A stretch of 64,000 nt of DNA from Escherichia phage vB_VIPECOMC06. Positions 1 to 8,773 of this stretch are shown here, one piece after another. A program made the translations under genes and the position numbers. The stretch is from the sequence record PQ416618.1; one strand, written 5' to 3'. The notes under the pieces were generated by a model. The model ran no database searches. It was not told the DNA's origin and saw only the letters and a program-made list of their open reading frames with translations. The first letter of the stretch is position 1. The number at the start of each line of letters is the position of its first letter.

Positions 1-1
1 T

Positions 2-256
2 CCTGTAATTATTGCACAAATTGGCAAAACTCAAAAATGGTTTTATACTGTAGCTGAGTATGAAGAAGCTAAAGATACACTGCCTAAGCATAGTATTCGA
101 TACATCAAGGGATTGGGCTCCCTTGAAAAGTCAGAATATCGTGAAATGATTCAGAACCCTGTGTACGACGTAGTTAAACTTCCTGAAAATTGGAAAGAAC
201 TCTTTGAAATGTTGTTGGGTGATGATTCAGAACTTCGTAAAGAATGGATGTCCTAA
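2..256 (+). CDS. 39: DNA topoisomerase II large subunit, C-terminal end (5' truncated by window edge)
   Basis: Open frame from window start ending ...IRYIKGLGSLEKSEYREMIQNPVYDVVKLPENWKELFEML..KEWMS*, matching the C-terminus of the T4 topo II large subunit (gp39/gp60) as I recall it. Confidence 0.85.
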   Translation, partial: PVIIAQIGKTQKWFYTVAEYEEAKDTLPKHSIRYIKGLGSLEKSEYREMIQNPVYDVVKLPENWKELFEMLLGDDSELRKEWMS

Positions 257-298
257 GCTCCTTCTGGAGCTTCATTTTAATTTTAATAAGGCTTAATT

Positions 299-1399
299 AT
301 GAAAGTTATGTTTATCCCATCTCGTGCAGTCCCATTTAATCCTGACCGTGTACAAGGTGGTCTTGAAGCAGTACATTTAAATGTGTTGAAATATCTTGTG
401 TCCATCGGTGCTGATATTGATTATATCGGCTTTGATAATGACACGTTTGGTGACTGGAAAGTTACACACCATCCTGTTGGTCATCTGACTAAATTTAGCC
501 TAGGTATGAGTTATACTATGGCTCGTAAGATTGTTGAACTAGCCGGCATTCATGAATACGATTTTGTTGTTACTATGGAACCGACTAAACTAACCGTTCA
601 GGCAATTAAAGACGCAGGTCTCTCTAAAGTTCATAAGAATTTTATGGCAACACCATTTGAACCGGTATCTCGTGGCATTGTTCAAATTTGGGACCAGACT
701 ATTCAAATTCATAAGAATGGCGGCAAGAGTTATGCTCCTACTAAAGCCTTCCGTGAATTTGAACGTAAATATTGTTATATGACTTCAGGTCTGACTGACA
801 AAATTGATTATGATTATTGGCGAGCAAATCCGTTGTTTGAAGCCGAAGATTATCCGGTTATTTGTTTGAATGAGAAACCTGAAGTTCTTCCGGCGACTGA
901 TCTGATTATTAGTGCACAACGTTATGACACTAAAATGCGTCGTACTGATGTTGCTCTTGAAGCGATTAAAGCACTAGGCGAAAATGGTGTAGGATACTGT
1001 CCTAGTAAATGGGCACCACCAGCTAAATATCCTGTTATTATTGATGCTCCACACAGTGAAATCATGGAACGTCTTAAAACAGCTAAAGCGCTTATTAATA
1101 CATGTCCTGACACAGGTACGGTAGAGAATAGTTCTATTGAAGCCATCTCTAAAGGTGTCCCTGTAATCCAGTTAGTTTTTAAGGATTATCCTCATGCGAC
1201 ATTCGAATACGACCCAGATACTGTGCGTGTAGAAATTGATTCCTCTACTCCTAAGAAAGAAGTAGTTGCGCTTTACACAAAAGCTGTATTAGAATTCACT
1301 GACACATACGAAGCTCGAGTTAAACGTGCTGAAGCAGTATGGAAGAAGTATAACCGAGATGCAGTTGTTGCGATGTGGGATAAAATCTTCACAGCGTAA
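299..1399 (+). CDS. GT-B fold glycosyltransferase (GT4-like); candidate DNA sugar-modification enzyme
   Basis: 366 aa; N-terminal MKVMFIPS...GGLEAVHLNVLKYLVSIGADIDYIGF and C-terminal ENSSIEAISKGVPVIQ resemble GT4 donor/acceptor-binding motifs; AT-rich phage-like codon usage; sits between gene 39 and rIIA. Confidence 0.6.
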   Translation: MKVMFIPSRAVPFNPDRVQGGLEAVHLNVLKYLVSIGADIDYIGFDNDTFGDWKVTHHPVGHLTKFSLGMSYTMARKIVELAGIHEYDFVVTMEPTKLTVQAIKDAGLSKVHKNFMATPFEPVSRGIVQIWDQTIQIHKNGGKSYAPTKAFREFERKYCYMTSGLTDKIDYDYWRANPLFEAEDYPVICLNEKPEVLPATDLIISAQRYDTKMRRTDVALEAIKALGENGVGYCPSKWAPPAKYPVIIDAPHSEIMERLKTAKALINTCPDTGTVENSSIEAISKGVPVIQLVFKDYPHATFEYDPDTVRVEIDSSTPKKEVVALYTKAVLEFTDTYEARVKRAEAVWKKYNRDAVVAMWDKIFTA

Positions 1400-1410
1400 A
1401 TCCTGAATTG

Positions 1411-1471
1411 CCTGGGGCACTATTACACATAAGATGATAGATTATATGGTCTTTAGTAATAGTGCCCTAGG
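1411..1471 (+). other. long RNA hairpin (16-bp stem, 29-nt loop) between the glycosyltransferase gene and rIIA.1
   Basis: CCTGGGGCACTATTAC (1411-1426) pairs with GTAATAGTGCCCTAGG (1456-1471), with one G-U pair. Confidence 0.6.
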
Positions 1472-1491
1472 AATCTACTGAAGAGAATATT

Positions 1492-1692
1492 ATGAGAACA
1501 TATAACGTGGACTTGGAACTTTTTGATAAAGCAGTGCTCCGGGAATTCCGGCTTATCCAAAGATTTTTTGATATCGAGTCAGCAGAGTTCTTTAAAGAAC
1601 GCTTTAAAGAAATTCGATATAAAATACAAACCGATACAGCTACTAAAGAAGAACTTCTTGAAGTAGCAGAAATTTTTAAACGTAACTTGTGA
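1492..1692 (+). CDS. small early protein (rIIA.1-like by position)
   Basis: 66-aa ORF directly upstream of rIIA with a purine-rich region upstream of the ATG. Confidence 0.5.
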   Translation: MRTYNVDLELFDKAVLREFRLIQRFFDIESAEFFKERFKEIRYKIQTDTATKEELLEVAEIFKRNL

Positions 1693-1704
1693 TGAGAGAA
1701 AAAT

Positions 1705-3918
1705 ATGATTATTGAAACGGCTAAAGAAACGATTATTGGTTCAGGTGGTAAGAGCACAGCATTTACTATTCAAGGCAATAGCAAAGTTTATAAGATTTTG
1801 TCTAATGACCTTTATACAAACAAAGAATTGGCTTGTGTACGTGAATTAATCACAAACTGTATCGATGGTCAAATTCTTAATGGTTGCACTGATAAGTTTA
1901 TTGTTCAGGCTCCAGGTCGTTTAGACCCACGTTTTGTAGTTCGAGACTTTGGTCCTGGTATGAGTGATTTCACCATTCGAGGTAATGACGAAGAGCCAGG
2001 AATCTATAACTCATATTTTGCTTCAACTAAAACATCGAGTAACGATTTCATTGGTGGATTCGGACTCGGCTCTAAAGCTCCACTAGCATATACCGATACG
2101 TTTAACCTTACGTCTTATCACAATGGTGAAGTTCGTGGTTATGTAATTTATCAAGATGACACAGGTCCACAGATTAAGCCAACCTTCGTAGATAAGATGG
2201 GTCCTGATGATCGGACCGGCGTTGAAGTAGTTGTGCCTGTTAACCCAGAAGATTTTGAAAAGTTCGCATCTGAAATTGCATATGTTATGCGTCCTCTCGG
2301 TGATATTGCAGAAGTTCGTGGTGTTAAAGATATCAAATACTTCCCGGAATTCGATGATGTTTATTTAGCCAAGGAAGCTCCATGGGGTGAACGTGGTAAT
2401 ATCATGGCTGTTTATGGTGGTATTGTATATCCAATCGGAAGTGTTATTAAAGAACAAACATGGATGATGACGCGATGCACTACAGCTTATATTAAATTCC
2501 CTATGGGTGAACTAGATGTAGCCCCGTCTCGTGAAGCATTGTCATTTGATAAACGTACAGTAGCAAATATCCATAAACGCGTTGCAGAAATCGATGCTAA
2601 ATTGTTCGCTGAAGATTCTAAGAAATGGATTGATTGTAAATACCCACGTCATGTGTTCCGTGAAATTGATTCTCTTGGCTATACCGCTCGCAAATACATG
2701 GAAAAGGCTGGGTCTAATATTGAATCACTGAAATACTCTAAAGAACAACTAACTTATTCCGAGTTGTACAAACGTTTTAAAATGGGACCTGAGTGGTGTA
2801 ATCTTGGCGTCGTATACGATATCGTTGAATCCCCTCGTCTTCGTCGTATTCGTGAAAGCGGTAGCTCAACGGCAACCATTTCAATTAACAGTCTGATTGG
2901 CATTAACATTAAAAATGTTGAAATTGTTATTGACGACGTTAAGGGACGCGTTCCATTAATGCGAGCTCTTAATTCAATTGAAATGTCTAAAGACGAGGTT
3001 AAATTAACCGGTAAAGTTCCACGCGGTTTTGGTAAAAGCGTACTATTCGTTGACCCTACAGACGAAGATGCAATGAAACTTCTGGAACGCCTTAAAGTTA
3101 TCTTTGATGGCGACAACATTAACATGTACAAGACTTCAGAGCTTTTACAAATCGTTAAGCCATGGATTGAAGTCAAGAAACGGACTAATGAGCCTCGTCC
3201 TAAATCCCCGAGTGCTCATCGATTCTTTAAGAATGAAAACGATGTTTGGGTATCAGAAGACCTCTTTATTCCGGCAAGTGAAGCAGATGAAATCCAAGGT
3301 TATGCTATAGTTCGTAATCGTTCTAATGCTGAATGTCTTGACGCAGATAAAGGTTGGTTGAACTATGACTCCAATTTCTTGACTCGTATTGCTGATTTGT
3401 CAGGTATTAAAGAGTTCACTGTAGTCCGTCCACAGATTGCTAAGAAAGTTCGTAAACTTGGTGAAGTAGAATGCTTGTTCGAAAAATCAATTAATGACTA
3501 TATTACGCTAATTGATAAAGTGGATTATGATGAGTATGTATCACCAAGTCGTAGAGCACAGCCTTATTTGAATCATATTACTCGTAATGAAGAGCTTAAC
3601 TTCCTTAGTAAATATTTTAGCTCTAAGAACAAAGAAATCAGTAAAGATTTTGCAAAACTTTCAACAGTAAATAATCGTTGGGGTTGGAATCGATTCTCAG
3701 GTGCTACTAACAGAGATCTGAATAAGAAGTTAGAATTGTGTGCTAAAATTTTCGATAAGCTTAAAGATAATGCTTACGATAATGATGATAAAATGGTTAT
3801 TGAATTTGAAACCAATTATCATATTGTGTCAGAATACATGGGACGACGTGGTACTCTTTCTAAAGAACAGGTCGCTCAAATCGTTAAATTCATGAAGGCC
3901 GTGGAAGCGGCCAAATAA
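1705..3918 (+). CDS. rIIA: rIIA membrane-associated protein (rapid lysis / lysis inhibition; GHKL ATPase-like N-terminus)
   Basis: 737 aa; N-terminus MIIETAKETIIGSGGKSTAF...RELITNCIDGQ matches the T4 rIIA pattern. Confidence 0.9.
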   Translation: MIIETAKETIIGSGGKSTAFTIQGNSKVYKILSNDLYTNKELACVRELITNCIDGQILNGCTDKFIVQAPGRLDPRFVVRDFGPGMSDFTIRGNDEEPGIYNSYFASTKTSSNDFIGGFGLGSKAPLAYTDTFNLTSYHNGEVRGYVIYQDDTGPQIKPTFVDKMGPDDRTGVEVVVPVNPEDFEKFASEIAYVMRPLGDIAEVRGVKDIKYFPEFDDVYLAKEAPWGERGNIMAVYGGIVYPIGSVIKEQTWMMTRCTTAYIKFPMGELDVAPSREALSFDKRTVANIHKRVAEIDAKLFAEDSKKWIDCKYPRHVFREIDSLGYTARKYMEKAGSNIESLKYSKEQLTYSELYKRFKMGPEWCNLGVVYDIVESPRLRRIRESGSSTATISINSLIGINIKNVEIVIDDVKGRVPLMRALNSIEMSKDEVKLTGKVPRGFGKSVLFVDPTDEDAMKLLERLKVIFDGDNINMYKTSELLQIVKPWIEVKKRTNEPRPKSPSAHRFFKNENDVWVSEDLFIPASEADEIQGYAIVRNRSNAECLDADKGWLNYDSNFLTRIADLSGIKEFTVVRPQIAKKVRKLGEVECLFEKSINDYITLIDKVDYDEYVSPSRRAQPYLNHITRNEELNFLSKYFSSKNKEISKDFAKLSTVNNRWGWNRFSGATNRDLNKKLELCAKIFDKLKDNAYDNDDKMVIEFETNYHIVSEYMGRRGTLSKEQVAQIVKFMKAVEAAK

Positions 3919-3927
3919 GGAAACATT

Positions 3928-4863
3928 ATGTACAATATCAAATGCTTGTCCCAAGAAGAACAGTTAGAAGCTTACGACCTGGTCAAATCAGGCAAATGGA
4001 CCCGTAAAGAAATTGCCGATTACTTCGACATTTCAACAGATACTCTTCGTAAGATTGTTAAGAATTTTAAAGCTGAAGAGAAAGCAGCTGAATTTGAAGA
4101 CGAAGAACAGGTCCCAGAAAATAATGAACCTATTATTACAGGTCATCGTCCAGAAATCGTATGGAACGCGTCATCTAAATTTATTTCAATCATTGAAGGA
4201 CGCGTAGCATACAATGCGACCCCATCAAGTCATGCAAATTTTGAAGAAATTAAAGCTAATTTGGTCGCAGGAAACCTTAGTAAAGCTGTCGAACTTATTA
4301 ACATCAAGAAAGCTATTAGTAAGTTTGTTGACGGTAATGTTGTTATTGAAGGTGGTAGTTTATTTTATCAAGGTATAGAGATTCGTTCTGGCCTGGTTAA
4401 TCGTATTATTGATTCTATGGAAAAAGGCGAAGACTTTAAATTCTATCTGCCATTCCTTGAAAACCTGTTAGAAAACCCAAGCGAAAAAGCTGTACAACGT
4501 TTATTCGACTTCTTGGTTGCAAATGATATTGAAATCACTGAAGATGGGCATTTCTATGCATGGAAAGTAGTTCGTAAAGACTATTTAGATTGCTATAGCG
4601 GCACATTTGATAACTCGCCTGGTAAAATTGTTTCAATGCCTCGTACTCGTGTTAACGATGATGATACACAAACTTGTTCCCGTGGTCTACATGTTTGTGC
4701 TAAATCATATATTCGTTACTTTGGTTCTAGCTCAGATAAAGTTGTTAAGGTTAAAGTTCATCCACGTGATGTTGTATCTATCCCAGTTGACTATGGTGAT
4801 GCTAAGATGCGTACTTGTCGTTATGAAGTAATTTCAGACGTTACTGAATTATTTGCAGAATAA
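3928..4863 (+). CDS. rIIB: rIIB protein
   Basis: 311 aa; MYNIKCL... start and conserved C-terminal block ...PRTRVNDDDTQTCSRGLHVC.KSYIR.FGSS match T4 rIIB. Confidence 0.92.
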   Translation: MYNIKCLSQEEQLEAYDLVKSGKWTRKEIADYFDISTDTLRKIVKNFKAEEKAAEFEDEEQVPENNEPIITGHRPEIVWNASSKFISIIEGRVAYNATPSSHANFEEIKANLVAGNLSKAVELINIKKAISKFVDGNVVIEGGSLFYQGIEIRSGLVNRIIDSMEKGEDFKFYLPFLENLLENPSEKAVQRLFDFLVANDIEITEDGHFYAWKVVRKDYLDCYSGTFDNSPGKIVSMPRTRVNDDDTQTCSRGLHVCAKSYIRYFGSSSDKVVKVKVHPRDVVSIPVDYGDAKMRTCRYEVISDVTELFAE

Positions 4864-4868
4864 TAATT

Positions 4869-4890
4869 GGGGACTTCGGTCCCCTTTTTT
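4869..4890 (+). terminator. intrinsic terminator after rIIB
   Basis: GGGGACTTCGGTCCCC hairpin with UUCG loop followed by TTTTTT. Confidence 0.8.
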
Positions 4891-4904
4891 CTTTAGGGGT
4901 AATT

Positions 4905-5192
4905 ATGATTCATCCATTTGACGTATCAGAATCCAAAATTGCTAATCTTCGTGGTCATCATAAGTGTAAATCAGTTTATTGTGCTAAATTGGTAAAACAT
5001 CCTGGTGATGCACACTACGGCTGGTTAGAATGCGACGAAGTTGTTATTGAAATTCCGCCTGTAGATGCAGAATATCTTGAAGAAGGTGACCGCATTTATT
5101 TTGGCGAACTACACATTAGAGGTATCTATGGTAAAGACGAACTTGGGACTGTTGAGACTGAAGAATCTTCCGACATTTATCCTGTCGAATGA
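4905..5192 (+). CDS. hypothetical protein (overlaps the denB start in another frame)
   Basis: 95-aa ORF with AGGGG Shine-Dalgarno 6 nt upstream; follows the rIIB terminator. Confidence 0.45.
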   Translation: MIHPFDVSESKIANLRGHHKCKSVYCAKLVKHPGDAHYGWLECDEVVIEIPPVDAEYLEEGDRIYFGELHIRGIYGKDELGTVETEESSDIYPVE

Positions 5193-5685
5193 GTTTTTGA
5201 CTAGTGAAATGAAGGTGAAGATTGCTGACACTGCTCGGTATTCCCTGAGCCAAAATCCTGGCCAAAACAAAGAAGATGTAGTTCGACGTTGTAAGGTTGC
5301 GGTCTTTGCAGAGTATGTAGTAGCAAATTGGCTAGACGGGTATGTTAATAAAGGTATTGAAGACGTAGAAGACCCGTACACGTATGCATGGGACGTGTTA
5401 GCCCATCCCAAGTATTGTGGAATTCGTGTAGAAGTCAAGACGCACCAGATAGATTCTAAATGGATTTCGGTTACCACAGGATACAGTGGTGATTATCCGG
5501 GTGGTAATGGAATCAATATAGGGCCCTTCTTGAACCATCGAGTCGCAGATTGCATTATTATATTAGATGTCAAAGAAACCTCACCTGACGTCTTCTCTTA
5601 TTCTATAAAGTTCGTGGGAGACCATGAAGACCTAAAGAAAATCGTCCGCAAGAGCAACTACAACGGGTGGTATCTTCAACTTTAA
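5128..5685 (+). CDS. denB: endonuclease IV (dC-specific ssDNA endonuclease), DenB-like
   Basis: ATG at 5128 with AGAGG SD gives 185 aa (T4 DenB length from memory) and places a Ser at residue 176, the residue reported as critical in T4 EndoIV; position downstream of rIIB fits. Confidence 0.5.
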   Translation: MVKTNLGLLRLKNLPTFILSNEFLTSEMKVKIADTARYSLSQNPGQNKEDVVRRCKVAVFAEYVVANWLDGYVNKGIEDVEDPYTYAWDVLAHPKYCGIRVEVKTHQIDSKWISVTTGYSGDYPGGNGINIGPFLNHRVADCIIILDVKETSPDVFSYSIKFVGDHEDLKKIVRKSNYNGWYLQL

Positions 5686-5696
5686 TTTCATAAAGT

Positions 5697-5730
5697 GTTT
5701 ACAACTAAGTAGGACTATGATATAGTAGTC
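5697..5730 (+). promoter_or_regulatory. T4-type early promoter with palindrome around -10
   Basis: GTTTACaactaagTAGGACTAtgaTATAGTAGTCCTAtc. Confidence 0.6.
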
Positions 5731-5752
5731 CTATCTAAAAGAGGATAACATC

Positions 5753-6016
5753 ATGAAATTTAAATTTTTCTACGCAAAACATAAAGTAACAGGCGAATTT
5801 GTTTCAATGTACAACACTGCAGATGACGAAGGGATGATTTATACCCATTTGGGACTATCTCATTGGGACTCGGACGTGCCTTATATGTCATCTGAAGCCG
5901 AAATAACTCGTCTGGTTAATGGACATATGAACGACCATTTTGGTGTTATTCTTTCTAAAGACCTTAAAGAGGTTATCAACAAAGGATATATGGAACTCGC
6001 GGAAGTTGAGATATGA
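5753..6016 (+). CDS. hypothetical early protein
   Basis: 87-aa ORF preceded by an early promoter and AGAGGA SD. Confidence 0.55.
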   Translation: MKFKFFYAKHKVTGEFVSMYNTADDEGMIYTHLGLSHWDSDVPYMSSEAEITRLVNGHMNDHFGVILSKDLKEVINKGYMELAEVEI

Positions 6017-6205
6017 GCTCTAAAACGTGGATCGGAATATGGCTGCTTAGTATCCCTATGATTTGTATAATATTTTCAATTGCATTGAGGTACTTATGAA
6101 AAATGCACTTATTGTACTAAGAACAATTTGCGATACAGGTTTTTACATCGCATGTTCGTTCACTGGAACATGGTTGGCTTTAACATATTTTAATGTAATT
6201 TAATT

Positions 6206-6243
6206 GTTTACAACAAGGTAGGATTATGGTATAGTAGTCCTAC
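6206..6243 (+). promoter_or_regulatory. T4-type early promoter with palindrome around -10
   Basis: GTTTACaacaagGTAGGAttatggTATAGTAGTCCTAC. Confidence 0.6.
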
Positions 6244-6263
6244 TGGAACATGAGGAACACAAA

Positions 6264-6464
6264 ATGGCTAAGCTTTTTAAAGATGTTGAAATTGGTGAAA
6301 AATTTGTTCTGAATAATGGTCAGCAGCTTATTCGTGTAGCTTCTATCGCCGGACAAACTCATAACTGTATCGCCCCAACGTGTTGGACTCGATTCTTTAT
6401 TGAAGATGACACTGAATGTTTAACTGTTGAAGAGCTTTTTGAACGTTCTGATATAGCCGAATAA
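6264..6464 (+). CDS. hypothetical early protein
   Basis: 66-aa ORF preceded by an early promoter and GAGGAA SD. Confidence 0.55.
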   Translation: MAKLFKDVEIGEKFVLNNGQQLIRVASIAGQTHNCIAPTCWTRFFIEDDTECLTVEELFERSDIAE

Positions 6465-6466
6465 AA

Positions 6467-6503
6467 TTGTACAAACTCTCGAGAGCAGAGTATAATGCTC
6501 TCA
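6467..6503 (+). promoter_or_regulatory. early promoter upstream of ndd (variant -35) with palindrome flanking TATAAT
   Basis: TTGTACaaactctcGAGAGCAgagTATAATGCTCTC. Confidence 0.55.
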
Positions 6504-6540
6504 TGGATTACAAAAACATTAATCAATTGAGGAAATTAGC

Positions 6541-6987
6541 ATGTCCAAATATTTAACTCGTAAAGACCTTCTGGCAGTTGGCGGTGAAGTTGTTGCAGTA
6601 GTTCGTAATGGCGAATACGGTTCTGAAGTTTCTAAAGAGTTTCGTTCTCGTGAAGGTTTTTACTTCTTTGTTAAAGGTTCATCTGATTGGCGTCAAGTAG
6701 CAGCACGATTCTTTGTAGGACGTCAACGTTCTAAACAAGGGTTGGATGCAATTCTTTCTCACATTCGTCAAGGCCGTTCGCAACTAGCCCGTACTATGGG
6801 CACTAACAATATTGAATATGATGTAATCTTTGTTGCAGCTAAGAACATGAAACCCCTGACTACTGGTTACGGTAAAGGACAATTGGCTCTGGCATTCACT
6901 CGCAATCATACATCAGAATATCAAACACTCACTGAAATGAACCGTCTTCTGGCAGATAATTTCAAATTCATTCTGCAGAGTTACTAA
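6541..6987 (+). CDS. ndd: nucleoid disruption protein Ndd
   Basis: 148 aa; FYVGNQRSKQG...LSHIRQ.RSQLART...[39 protein letters not shown] block matches T4 Ndd. Confidence 0.9.
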   Translation: MSKYLTRKDLLAVGGEVVAVVRNGEYGSEVSKEFRSREGFYFFVKGSSDWRQVAARFFVGRQRSKQGLDAILSHIRQGRSQLARTMGTNNIEYDVIFVAAKNMKPLTTGYGKGQLALAFTRNHTSEYQTLTEMNRLLADNFKFILQSY

Positions 6988-6994
6988 TTTATAC

Positions 6995-7026
6995 AGGCCT
7001 ATTAAGCTAGGCCTTTAATTTATTTT
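6995..7026 (+). terminator. putative terminator after ndd
   Basis: AGGCCT-attaagct-AGGCCT stem-loop followed by a T-rich run. Confidence 0.5.
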
Positions 7027-7039
7027 TGAGGTAATTAAA

Positions 7040-7189
7040 ATGGTAGCATGGATTATTGCATTGCTGTGTTGGTCGTTTTTATTCGTTAACACTTTAGTTA
7101 CAGGCGAAACAACAGTATTTCAACAGGCTGTGTCACAAGGTACCTTAGCGGTCTTAGCTCTTCTTAACGTATTAAAAGGCGAGCAATGA
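7040..7189 (+). CDS. small hydrophobic membrane peptide (49 aa)
   Basis: MVAWIIALLCWSFLFVNTLVTGETTVFQQAVSQGTLAVLALLNVLKGEQ; GAGGTAA SD upstream; below the 60-aa cutoff of the ORF track. Confidence 0.5.
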   Translation: MVAWIIALLCWSFLFVNTLVTGETTVFQQAVSQGTLAVLALLNVLKGEQ

Positions 7190-7326
7190 TTAAGAAAATC
7201 TTAGCAGGAGCCTTCGGGCTCTTGTTGTTGCTTACTGTTCTGTACTACGGTGTGATGTTTGGGCTAATCCAAGTAGTGCTTTTCATTTCGGATGTTATAA
7301 TGGTTATTCGTTCATTAGTATGGTGA
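7186..7326 (+). CDS. small hydrophobic membrane peptide (46 aa)
   Basis: MIKKILAGAFGLLLLLTVLYYGVMFGLIQVVLFISDVIMVIRSLVW; ATGA start/stop overlap with the previous peptide. Confidence 0.45.
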   Translation: MIKKILAGAFGLLLLLTVLYYGVMFGLIQVVLFISDVIMVIRSLVW

Positions 7327-7330
7327 AAAT

Positions 7331-8656
7331 ATGCAATTGAATTCTCGTAATCTAAAAAGTATTATTGATAACGAAGCCTTAGCATATGCGATGTACACCG
7401 TTGAAAACCGTGCAATCCCAAACATGATTGATGGATTTAAGCCGGTTCAACGTTTTGTGGTTCATCGTGCGTTAGATTTGGCTCGTGGTAATAAAGAAAA
7501 ATTTCATAAACTTGCGTCAATTGCAGGCGGTGTTGCAGATTTAGGTTATCATCATGGCGAATCTTCTGCACAAGATGCAGGTGCATTGATGGCTAACACA
7601 TGGAACAACAACTATCCACTGTTAGATGGCCAAGGCAACTTTGGTTCTCGAACAGTCCAAAAAGCTGCAGCATCTCGTTATATTTTTGCTCGTGTAAGTA
7701 AAAATTTCTATAACGTATATAAAGATACTGAATATGCTCCAGCTCATGAAGATAAAGAACACATTCCACCAAAATTCTATCTTCCTATTATTCCGACAGT
7801 TCTTTTGAATGGTGTCTCTGGTATTGCAACCGGTTACGCAACAAATATTCTGCCTCATAGTTTTAAAACAGTCAAAAAGGCTGTATTACAAGCTCTTCAA
7901 GGTAAAAATGTCACTAAGCCAAAAGTTGAATTCCCGGAATTCCGTGGTGAAGTACATGAAGTTGATGGGCGTTATGAGATTCACGGAACATATAAGTTCA
8001 CATCTCGCACTCAAATGCAGATAACTGAAATCCCATATAAATTCGACCGTGAAACGTATGTGAGTAAGGTTCTTGACCCGTTGGAAGACAAAGGTCTAAT
8101 CTCATGGGAAGATGATTGCGGTGAACACGGCTTTGGGTTTAAGGTGAAGTTCCGTAAAGAGTACTCGCTTCCTGATGATGAAGAGCTACGTCATGAAAAA
8201 ATCATGAAAGATTTTAGTCTCATCGAACGTCGTTCACAAAACATCACAGTGATTAATGAAAAGGGTAAATTAGCGGTCTATGATAACGTAGTGGACTTAA
8301 TCAAAGATTTTGTTGAAGTCCGTAAGACTTACGTTCAAAAACGTATTGACAACAAAATCCTTGAATCTGAAAAAGCATTTAAACTGGCTTTTGCTAAGGC
8401 ACACTTCATCAAAAAAGTTATTACAGGTGAAATTGTGATTCAGGGCAAGACTCGTAAAGCTTTGACTGAAGAGCTAGCACAAATCGAAATGTACAAAGAA
8501 CATGTCGATAAACTGGTAGGCCTTAACATCTTCCATATCACTTCCGACGAAGCACGTAAACTGGCAGAAGAAGCTAAAGCTAAGAAAGAAGAAAATGAGT
8601 ATTGGAAGTCTACCGATGTTGTGACAGAGTACACTAAAGACTTGGAGGCACTTTGA
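7331..8656 (+). CDS. 52: DNA topoisomerase II medium subunit (GyrA-like)
   Basis: 441 aa; MQLN.R.LKSIIDNEALAYAMYTVENRAIPNMIDGFKPVQRF... matches T4 gp52. Confidence 0.95.
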   Translation: MQLNSRNLKSIIDNEALAYAMYTVENRAIPNMIDGFKPVQRFVVHRALDLARGNKEKFHKLASIAGGVADLGYHHGESSAQDAGALMANTWNNNYPLLDGQGNFGSRTVQKAAASRYIFARVSKNFYNVYKDTEYAPAHEDKEHIPPKFYLPIIPTVLLNGVSGIATGYATNILPHSFKTVKKAVLQALQGKNVTKPKVEFPEFRGEVHEVDGRYEIHGTYKFTSRTQMQITEIPYKFDRETYVSKVLDPLEDKGLISWEDDCGEHGFGFKVKFRKEYSLPDDEELRHEKIMKDFSLIERRSQNITVINEKGKLAVYDNVVDLIKDFVEVRKTYVQKRIDNKILESEKAFKLAFAKAHFIKKVITGEIVIQGKTRKALTEELAQIEMYKEHVDKLVGLNIFHITSDEARKLAEEAKAKKEENEYWKSTDVVTEYTKDLEAL

Positions 8657-8732
8657 GTGCCCTAGCCTTAGGATTTCTCGGTGCAATAGCTGCACTAGTG
8701 ATTTGGCTGTATCGGTTGGACAAACATGATTA

Positions 8733-8752
8733 GGGAGCTTCGGCTCCCTTTT
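8733..8752 (+). terminator. intrinsic terminator after gene 52
   Basis: GGGAGCTTCGGCTCCC hairpin followed by TTTT. Confidence 0.8.
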
Positions 8753-8773
8753 GTGCATTTTTCTCACAAAACA

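Noticed and set aside
922-1146. 74-aa ORF on the - strand inside the glycosyltransferase gene
   Set aside because: Entirely antisense to a well-supported longer CDS; no SD or promoter; typical spurious antisense frame.
1467-1757. 96-aa - strand ORF spanning rIIA.1 and the rIIA start
   Set aside because: Antisense to two co-directional early genes; low-complexity, Ser/Leu-rich translation typical of AT-rich noise.
2754-3176. 140-aa - strand ORF within rIIA
   Set aside because: Antisense to rIIA; no independent expression signals.
5109-5477. 122-aa - strand ORF within denB
   Set aside because: Antisense to the denB frame; no signals.
8654-8731. Possible 26-aa hydrophobic peptide starting at a TTG overlapping the gp52 stop
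   Set aside because: Non-ATG start with no SD; it could be real but the evidence is too weak to annotate.
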